A stretch of 64,000 nt of DNA from an uncultured Bacilli bacterium (GTDB lineage Bacteria; Bacillota_I; Bacilli_A; RF39; UBA660). The notes under the pieces were generated by a model. It saw nothing but the letters and a program-made list of their open reading frames with translations, did not search any database and had not been told where the DNA came from. Made by a program: the position numbers and the translations under genes. This document shows, in pieces, positions 57,533 through 64,000 of this stretch (its first letter is position 1; each line of letters begins with the position of its first letter). The stretch spans positions 20,374-84,373 of the forward strand of contig CAKOOO010000002.1 of the NCBI GenBank assembly GCA_934098665.1, given 5' to 3'.

Positions 57533-58759
57533 TTAATACCATAATGGATATTTATCTGTTATATTTTTAACTCTTAATTTTAATTCATTTAAAATATTTT
57601 CATCATTATAATTTTTTAAAGCTTTTGATATTATTAAACCAATTTCTTTAAAATCATCAGTATTTAAGCCTCTTGTTGTAAGAGCGGCACTACCTAGTCT
57701 TATTCCACTTGTTATACCCGCTTTTTCAGTATCACCAGGAACCATATTTTTATTAACTGTTATATTTATTTTTTCTAAAATATCCTCAGCCATTTTACCA
57801 GTCACACCTATACTTTTAACATTTAAAAGAAACATATGATTATCAGTGCCACTAGATACTATTTTAAAGCCTTCTTCTTTTAAAGTATCACTTAATACTT
57901 TAGCATTAGTTATAACATTTTTTGCATAACTTTTAAATTCATCACTCATTGCTTCATAAAAACACTCACATTTTGCCGCGATAACATGTTCCAAAGGGCC
58001 TCCTTGAATACCAGGAAAAATAGTTTTATTTACTTTTTTAATTATCTCTTCATCATTAGTGAGAATTATTCCCCCTCTTGGTCCTCTTAAAGTTTTATGG
58101 GTAGTGGATGTAACAACATCTGCATAAGGAAATGGTGATGGATGAACACCTGATGCTACAAGGCCTGCAATATGTGCCATATCAACCATAAGATATGCTC
58201 CCACTTTATCTGCAATTTCTCTAAAGCGTTTAAAATCAATTATTCTAGAATATGCTGAAGCTCCTGCGATAATAAGTTTTGGTTTTTCTTTTAAAGCAAT
58301 TTTTTCAATTTCTTCATAATTAAGCATTTCGGTTTTTTCATCTAAATAGTAAAATACAGCGTTATAATCAATGCCTGAAAAAGATGTTTTAAAGCCATGT
58401 GATAAATGCCCACCATTATTCAAATCCATTGAAAGGATTTTATCACCAAATGAAAGTAAAGAGCGAAGTACTGCCATATTTGCACTTGATCCAGAATGTG
58501 GTTGAACATTTGCATATTTACAGTTAAATAGTTTGCATGCATATTCTATTGCTTTTGCTTCAATAATATCTACATTTTCACAACCACCATAATATCTTTT
58601 ACCAGGATACCCTTCAGCATATTTATTTGTTAAAATACTTCCTTGAAGTGCTAAAATATCATTTGAAACATAATTTTCAGAGGCAATTAATTCCAAACTA
58701 TTTTCTTGTCTTTCTCTTTCTTTTTCTAATGCTAAAGTAATTATTTTATCCACTTTCAT
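57533..58759 (-). CDS. glyA: serine hydroxymethyltransferase
   Basis: [20 protein letters not shown] and [14 protein letters not shown]. Confidence 0.95.
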   Translation of the reverse strand: MKVDKIITLALEKERERQENSLELIASENYVSNDILALQGSILTNKYAEGYPGKRYYGGCENVDIIEAKAIEYACKLFNCKYANVQPHSGSSANMAVLRSLLSFGDKILSMDLNNGGHLSHGFKTSFSGIDYNAVFYYLDEKTEMLNYEEIEKIALKEKPKLIIAGASAYSRIIDFKRFREIADKVGAYLMVDMAHIAGLVASGVHPSPFPYADVVTSTTHKTLRGPRGGIILTNDEEIIKKVNKTIFPGIQGGPLEHVIAAKCECFYEAMSDEFKSYAKNVITNAKVLSDTLKEEGFKIVSSGTDNHMFLLNVKSIGVTGKMAEDILEKINITVNKNMVPGDTEKAGITSGIRLGSAALTTRGLNTDDFKEIGLIISKALKNYNDENILNELKLRVKNITDKYPLWY

Positions 58760-58770
58760 CTTCCTTTCAT

Positions 58771-59598
58771 TTATTTTTGTAATTCATATGCTTTTACTAA
58801 ATTTTCAATTATCATTGCAATTGTCATTGGTCCTACTCCCCCAGGATTTGGTGTAATATAAAGACATTTATTTTTAACATCTTCATAGTCAATATCACCT
58901 ACAATTTTACCATCAACAATACTTATACCAACATCTATTAAAATTGCATCATCTTTTATCATATCACTTGTAATTAATTTAGGATGTCCTACTGCACTAA
59001 TTATAATATCTGCATTTTTTGTATATTTTTTTAAATTCTTAGTTTGTGAGTGACATACGCTTACAGTTGCGTTATTATTAAGAAGTTCAAATATCAAAGG
59101 TTTTCCAACTATATCACCACGGCCTATAATGCATACATCTTTTGAGGCAATTTTTATATTATAATATTTAAGTAGTTTAATAATTCCTTTTGCAGTACAT
59201 GGAAAAAGACCATCTTTATTATGAACAAGTTTATATAAATTCTCTTTAGTAAAACCATCAATATCCTTTACTGGATTAATAAGACCACTTACTTTTGTAA
59301 AGTTTATATGTTTTGGCACAGGACTTTGGAGAATTATTCCTGTAATATCACTTGCATCATTTAATTTTTCAATTAAATCAATTACATCTTTTTCTTTTGT
59401 TTTTTCCTCAAGTTCATATAAAAGTACTTTAATACCTACTTTTTCACAATATTTAATTTTATTTTTGATATAAAGTTTACTAGGTTTATCATCGCCTATG
59501 CTAATTATAGCTAAGCAAATTTTTAAATTTTCATCAGTTATTTTTTTCTCATAAAAAGAAAGTAATTCATTTCTTACTTTTTTACCATCAAGTATCAT
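58771..59598 (-). CDS. folD: bifunctional methylenetetrahydrofolate dehydrogenase/cyclohydrolase
   Basis: ILDGK..., [10 protein letters not shown] and [11 protein letters not shown]. Confidence 0.9.
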   Translation of the reverse strand: MILDGKKVRNELLSFYEKKITDENLKICLAIISIGDDKPSKLYIKNKIKYCEKVGIKVLLYELEEKTKEKDVIDLIEKLNDASDITGIILQSPVPKHINFTKVSGLINPVKDIDGFTKENLYKLVHNKDGLFPCTAKGIIKLLKYYNIKIASKDVCIIGRGDIVGKPLIFELLNNNATVSVCHSQTKNLKKYTKNADIIISAVGHPKLITSDMIKDDAILIDVGISIVDGKIVGDIDYEDVKNKCLYITPNPGGVGPMTIAMIIENLVKAYELQK

Positions 59599-59654
59599 TT
59601 TAACCTCCTAATATTTATTATAAATAAGCTATTATAATTTAGCAAGAATTTTTA

Positions 59655-60389
59655 TCAATGCCTGTCATTTTCTTTTATTTCATTTCTTATTGCCTTAAGG
59701 CCTTCGGAATCTTTATATTTTTCATAAAACTCATTATTAAGCCAAATAGTGCAAAAGTTAGATATTCTATTTTTTATAGTTGTTTTAGGTTTTAAATAAA
59801 TATCTACTTTAGGTATTTGTTTAACTTCTTTTTTATCATAAGTTTTTAAAAATTTTAAATATGAATATAATGTAAGAATTTGAAATATATATAATGGTAT
59901 AAATAAATATAAGTATAAATTATGACTATTAACATAACTAATTAGATTACTACTTAAAAAAGTTAATTTATTTATATCAGTTATTAAATAAACTAAAATT
60001 ACAGTGACGCTCATAACAATTGTTTTAATTTTACCAAGTTTTGAGGACTGTATATTAATATTTTTTTGAAATTTTACAAATTGTATTATTACCACTAAAA
60101 TTTCTAAAACAATTGATATTATAGAATATTTAGTTACATTAAATAAAATTATTAAGTTACTGCATGAAAAAAGTTTATCAGCAATACCATCAAACATACT
60201 TCCAAAAAAGGTTGATACATGATATTTTCTTGCTAAAAAGCCATCAATACAGTCTGTTAAATAGCAACCCACTGAAAGATATGCAGCATAAAGTCCACCA
60301 TATCTAAAATATACTGGTATCATCATAAATACACCGATTATTCTTATCATTGTAAGTAAATTTACAAAAACTAACATAAACTTTTTCAT
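59655..60389 (-). CDS. CDP-alcohol phosphatidyltransferase family protein
   Basis: DCIDGFLARKYHVSTFFGSMFDGIADK matches DG-x2-AR-x8-G-x3-D-x3-D. Confidence 0.75.
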   Translation of the reverse strand: MKKFMLVFVNLLTMIRIIGVFMMIPVYFRYGGLYAAYLSVGCYLTDCIDGFLARKYHVSTFFGSMFDGIADKLFSCSNLIILFNVTKYSIISIVLEILVVIIQFVKFQKNINIQSSKLGKIKTIVMSVTVILVYLITDINKLTFLSSNLISYVNSHNLYLYLFIPLYIFQILTLYSYLKFLKTYDKKEVKQIPKVDIYLKPKTTIKNRISNFCTIWLNNEFYEKYKDSEGLKAIRNEIKENDRH

Positions 60390-60400
60390 ACCTTTTCTCC

Positions 60401-61018
60401 TTAAACAATATTACTAAACTCTAATATATAGTTATCATTTTCATTTATTATTTCAACTTTTTCAATATTTTTATCATTACTTGTTATTTTTACTATGCCA
60501 TTTAAGGTTTCATAACTAAGAGTATTACCCTCTATTTTCATATTATCTTTATCATATTCCAAAGAAAATATATACTCTAAAGATAATAAGTTTTCATTTA
60601 CATTTTCATATAAACCATCATATAAAACTTTTTCATCCATAACAAGTTTATAAACAGTGTCATTTAAAATTTCATATTTTGTTATGCTACTATCCTCTTT
60701 ATAGCCAGTAATAACATCACCATTTTTATTGCCACTATAAATGATGGTTCCACTATCATTTTTAACTGTATATTTAAAGTCATAACTTCCATTAATTAGC
60801 TTTTTTTTCATATCTTCAAGAGTAACTAAACTTTCTTTAGGATGAGTAGTTATATTTTTACTTTCATGATTATATGGAATTATAAAAACTAAAAAGATAA
60901 ATATAAAGAAAATAAGCCAAAGTCCAAGACAAATTAAAGCATGAAGACGTTTATTTTCCCACGCCTTAACAAATTTATTATCTGGGTCATTTTTTTTTAA
61001 ATAATTAACTATTAACAT
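60401..61018 (-). CDS. membrane-anchored hypothetical protein
   Basis: 205 aa with a single TM segment. Overlaps fmt. Confidence 0.5.
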   Translation of the reverse strand: MLIVNYLKKNDPDNKFVKAWENKRLHALICLGLWLIFFIFIFLVFIIPYNHESKNITTHPKESLVTLEDMKKKLINGSYDFKYTVKNDSGTIIYSGNKNGDVITGYKEDSSITKYEILNDTVYKLVMDEKVLYDGLYENVNENLLSLEYIFSLEYDKDNMKIEGNTLSYETLNGIVKITSNDKNIEKVEIINENDNYILEFSNIV

Positions 61019-61925
61019 ACAAATTATCCTTATCTATACCATTTAAAAATGCTTTTATATTCATTTCTTTTTTACCCATAGGTTTTACTTCTTCAAGGCT
61101 TATTACACCATCACAACATCCTATTTCAAATGTATTTTTAGTTATATATACTTTATTTACTTCACTATTTTTTGGGATAAATGATGCTTTACATATTTTT
61201 ATTTCTTTATCATTTAATATAAAATTTGCATAAGGAGATGGTGCAAATGCTCTAATTTGATTTATTATGTCTTTGCCATTTTTATTAAAATCTATTTTTT
61301 CATCTTTCCTAGTAATAAGCCCAGTGTAAGTGGCATTTTCATCATTTTGCTTTATACTTTCATTTTCATTTTTTACTATTAAAGGAAGTGTTTCTTTTAA
61401 AAGGCTTGCCCCTAAAAAGGATAATTTATTTGAAAGCGTTTCAAGATTATCAAAACTTTCTATATCAATACTTTTGCATGAAATAATATTTCCAGTATCC
61501 ATACCTTTATCCATATACATAATTGTTACACCAGTTTTTTCTTCACCATTTAAAATAGCACTTTGAATAGGCGACGCTCCCCTGTATTTTGGTAAAAGTG
61601 AAGCATGAACATTAATGCATCCAAGTTTTGGAACATTTAAAATACTTTCAGGTAATATTTTACCATATGCGCAAGTAATAATAATATCAGGATTTATTTC
61701 ACTAATTTCTTCATAAATATCCTTAATTTTATCTGGTGTAAGTACATCAATATTATTTTCTAATGCACATTTTTTTATAGGTGAACTTGTAAGAACTTTT
61801 TTTCTTCCTTCATAAGTATCTTTTTTTGTTACCACTAAAACAACGTTTGTATTTTCTATTAGATATTTAAATACTGGAACTGCAAATAAAGGTGTTCCCA
61901 TAAATATTACTTTTAAGTCTTTCAT
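61005..61925 (-). CDS. fmt: methionyl-tRNA formyltransferase
   Basis: VIFMGTP.FAVP and NVHASLLPKYRGASPIQ. Confidence 0.9.
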   Translation of the reverse strand: MKDLKVIFMGTPLFAVPVFKYLIENTNVVLVVTKKDTYEGRKKVLTSSPIKKCALENNIDVLTPDKIKDIYEEISEINPDIIITCAYGKILPESILNVPKLGCINVHASLLPKYRGASPIQSAILNGEEKTGVTIMYMDKGMDTGNIISCKSIDIESFDNLETLSNKLSFLGASLLKETLPLIVKNENESIKQNDENATYTGLITRKDEKIDFNKNGKDIINQIRAFAPSPYANFILNDKEIKICKASFIPKNSEVNKVYITKNTFEIGCCDGVISLEEVKPMGKKEMNIKAFLNGIDKDNLYVNS

Positions 61926-61992
61926 CTATCCTCCATATAAGTAAATTATACAATATTTTGCCCTAAAATAAAAGAAATTTTAATTTATTCAT

Positions 61993-62018
61993 AAAAAAAT
62001 TTCCTATATCTAGGAAAT
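61993..62018 (-). terminator. rho-independent terminator after the tRNA cluster
   Basis: auuuccua-gaua-uaggaaau hairpin followed by U7 on the minus strand. Confidence 0.65.
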
Positions 62019-62028
62019 AATTTTTAAT

Positions 62029-62104
62029 TGGTGTCCTGTTGGAGATTCGAACTCCAGACCCTTTGATTAAAAGTCAAATGCTCTACCGACTGAGCTAACA
62101 GGAC
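62029..62104 (-). tRNA. tRNA-Lys (anticodon UUU)
   Basis: A 76-nt cloverleaf was folded by hand. Acceptor gtcctgt/acaggac, anticodon loop cuUUUaa, TPsiC ggagttcgaatctcc, and an encoded CCA. Confidence 0.85.
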
Positions 62105-62116
62105 AAAATATTGAAA

Positions 62117-62192
62117 TGGCTGCCTCGGATGGATTCGAACCATCGGAATGTCAGAGTCAAAGTCTGATGCCTTGCCACTTGGCTACGAGGCA
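62117..62192 (-). tRNA. tRNA-Gln (anticodon UUG)
   Basis: Acceptor tgcctcg/cgaggca (U1-A72, as in bacterial tRNA-Gln), anticodon stem tcaga/tctga with loop cuUUGac, and an encoded CCA. Ends are accurate to within 1 nt. Confidence 0.8.
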
Positions 62193-62202
62193 ATATTTGA
62201 AA

Positions 62203-62286
62203 TGGTGGAAGGAGATGGATTTGAACCATCGAACCCGAAGGAACAGATTTACAGTCTGCCGCGTTTGGCCACTTCGCTATCCTTCC
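62203..62286 (-). tRNA. tRNA-Tyr (anticodon GUA), class II with a long variable arm
   Basis: 84 nt. Acceptor ggaagga/tccttcc, anticodon loop cuGUAaa, a long variable arm, and an encoded CCA. Confidence 0.85.
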
Positions 62287-62399
62287 GTCATTAAGAAAGT
62301 TTTTCTTTCTTCAAAGACAATATAGATTTTATCACATATTTTTTATTTTGTGAACACTTTTTTTCAAATTTGTTTAAAAAAATACAATTTTTTTATTTT

Positions 62400-63602
62400 T
62401 TAAAAGATTTTTCGCTTATTTTCTTTTATTTTTTCTAAATAAATTTTATATACTTCAGAAACTTTTTTATCCCAAGTTACATATAAATCAATAAATGCAT
62501 TTTCTTTTACTTTATCAAATAGTTTTTCATTATTCATTATTTCAATTATTTTATCTGAATATGCTCCAACAGTATTTTCACTTATAAAACCATTTACATT
62601 ATCAGTAACAGTTGCACTAGTCGCACTACCTTTTAAAAATACACCCGGTGTTTTTTGACTAGCGGCTTCGATTTGTACTATTGAGGATGCATCATAAAGT
62701 GATGGAAATAAAAATAAATCTGCTCTTGCATAATATTTTGAAAGTTCATTTCTATCAGTTATTTTACCAACCATTATTACATTTTCGGCTATGCCAAGTT
62801 CATTTATATAACTTTTTAAATCATTTTCATCTTGGCCAGTTCCAACATAAAGCATTTTAAATTTTATTTTTTTATCTTTTTCTTTAACAGCTTTTAGGGC
62901 ATCAGCAATAAAAAATATATTTTTAAGTTTATTAATTCTTCCCACAAATAAAAATACTTTCTCATTATTTTTAATATTATGTTTTTTATTAATATAGTTT
63001 ATAGCTTCTTTTTCACTAGATACAGGCATCATTTCTGTAGCATTATTCATAACTTTAGGTAGGCATTTATAATGATAATCTTCATAATATATTCTAGCAA
63101 CTTCACTATTTACTGCCCAGCACTCATCACACTTATCAAAAAATTTTATTAAATTATTATTAAGTTTAGTGGCAAGTAACTCAGATTTTACCGCTCTTTG
63201 AAAATCTTGTTTAAATTGCGAGTGCATTGTAGCAATACACGGAACATGATGTTTTTTAGCGTACGCTAGTCCTGCTCTTCCAATTGTAAATGGAGAATGA
63301 ACATGCACTATATCAAGTTTATATTTATTAAGCACTTTCATAAACTTATTATCTAGTTTAGGAATAGATACTGAATAATCTAAAAAAGGAACTTTTACAG
63401 AGTGACATCTTACAACTTTATATGGAAAAATGCTATCATCATATTTTTTAGTTAAATACTCCGGTACAAATACAATTACATTTGCATATTTACATAGTCT
63501 GCGAGCATAATTATCTATAACCATGATAACTCCATCTGCCATAGGAAAAAATGAGTCACCAAAAAGGCCAATTGTTATTTTTTTATTATTTTCTTCTTTC
63601 AT
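62400..63602 (-). CDS. family 4 (GT-B) glycosyltransferase
   Basis: 400 aa. N-terminal FGDSFFPMADGV and a C-terminal E-x7-E-like region (...QIEAASQKTPGV...). Confidence 0.7.
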   Translation of the reverse strand: MKEENNKKITIGLFGDSFFPMADGVIMVIDNYARRLCKYANVIVFVPEYLTKKYDDSIFPYKVVRCHSVKVPFLDYSVSIPKLDNKFMKVLNKYKLDIVHVHSPFTIGRAGLAYAKKHHVPCIATMHSQFKQDFQRAVKSELLATKLNNNLIKFFDKCDECWAVNSEVARIYYEDYHYKCLPKVMNNATEMMPVSSEKEAINYINKKHNIKNNEKVFLFVGRINKLKNIFFIADALKAVKEKDKKIKFKMLYVGTGQDENDLKSYINELGIAENVIMVGKITDRNELSKYYARADLFLFPSLYDASSIVQIEAASQKTPGVFLKGSATSATVTDNVNGFISENTVGAYSDKIIEIMNNEKLFDKVKENAFIDLYVTWDKKVSEVYKIYLEKIKENKRKIF

Positions 63603-63633
63603 AATATGATTATATCATACATTTTAAAAATAT

Positions 63634-64000
63634 TCACTTTAACTTATCTAATATAGATAATTTTCTTATATAAAGATTATTATTCTTACCAGTGCCAAGA
63701 CTAATATCTGGTTTTATACTTCCATGAAAATCACTACCACCGCTTACTAGTAAGTTATATTTATTTGCTATATCTAAATAATATGCCATTTCTTCTTTAT
63801 TAAAACTACTATGATAACACTCAATTCCCATAAGACCACAGTTAATCATATTTTTAAGTAAAGAAAAAAATTCTTTTTCGTTTAATTTAAGAGTTTTAGG
63901 ATGAGCAAGAACAGGAATACCACCACTACTTAAAATTAAGTTTATACACTCTTCATAAGTTAAACCTTTATTAATGCCCCTTACTTTTTCATATGCACTT
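63634..64000 (-). CDS. PHP-domain phosphoesterase, 5' end truncated by the window edge
   Basis: The frame stays open upstream of the track ATG to the window end (…GGIPVLAHPKTLKL…IECYHS…SGGSDFHG). Confidence 0.65.
   Translation of the reverse strand, partial: SAYEKVRGINKGLTYEECINLILSSGGIPVLAHPKTLKLNEKEFFSLLKNMINCGLMGIECYHSSFNKEEMAYYLDIANKYNLLVSGGSDFHGSIKPDISLGTGKNNNLYIRKLSILDKLK

Noticed and set aside
1455-61566. About 20 short ORFs (60-150 aa) on the opposite strand or in an alternative frame inside longer genes. Their starts are at 1455, 6583, 7201, 8468, 12008, 21334, 21774, 22385, 26648, 28720, 28890, 29134, 30049, 37560, 38792, 41181, 44186, 45367, 45566, 46517 and 61330.
   Set aside because: Each is nested within a longer ORF that has recognisable motifs or clear paralogy. 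They show low-complexity F/I/L/S-rich translations, typical of the antisense frames of AT-rich genes.
62116-62325. 69-aa plus-strand ORF.
   Set aside because: It lies entirely over three minus-strand tRNA genes (Gln and Tyr, plus spacer). It is an artefact of the GC-rich tRNA sequence.
1-64000. A search of the window for DGR core components (reverse transcriptase, Avd, A-rich template repeat) and for a site-specific invertase.
   Set aside because: No ORF shows RT motifs (the YADD in the family proteins sits in the structural motif EMLYADDVN). No ORF shows recombinase motifs. No second copy of the VR sequence was seen in any intergenic region. These components, if they exist, are outside this window.

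Overview
Very AT-rich chromosomal segment (roughly 25% G+C by eye) from a spore-forming, low-GC Firmicute. Synteny blocks are Bacillus-like: spoVID-ysxE, rel-dtd, dnaG-sigA-trmK, lexA/tkt/sirA-like/yneF, cotJ, and thyA-folA-tmk with glyA/folD/fmt. Almost every gene is on the minus strand. Housekeeping genes are interleaved with an accessory layer that holds the interesting signals.

(1) A family of four large mosaic surface proteins (20328-22739, 27696-29486, 42611-44731, 50361-52487) shares a C-terminal lectin-like module with a minor pseudopilin (7088-8041).

(2) Two family members carry a ~100-nt island of 62-65% G+C at the same C-terminal position. The two islands differ almost only at codon positions 1-2 of NNC codons, which is the signature of diversity-generating retroelement (DGR) variable regions. 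No reverse transcriptase or template repeat is in this window.

(3) Two members have a 123-bp invertible switch in their 5' regions (19-bp inverted repeats). The two copies are captured in opposite orientations, and a third member has the same promoter segment fixed, without repeats.

(4) A three-gene operon encodes a 556-aa protein with two RNxxAHG (HEPN Rx4H) motifs, a small membrane protein and an unknown protein.

(5) A 45-nt consensus promoter cassette occurs three times, in front of a pseudopilin operon and two paralogous cytoplasmic proteins of unknown function.

(6) Smaller observations:
- a sortase separated from its start codon and membrane anchor by an A9 tract
- a G9 tract in a ribosome-binding region
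- a transketolase homolog and a Rel hydrolase domain that have lost catalytic residues
- an SOS-box-controlled small membrane peptide divergent from lexA
- a small ORF enclosed by a long-range inverted repeat

No CRISPR array, rRNA, transposase or integrase was seen. All coordinates were derived by hand from the printed sequence.
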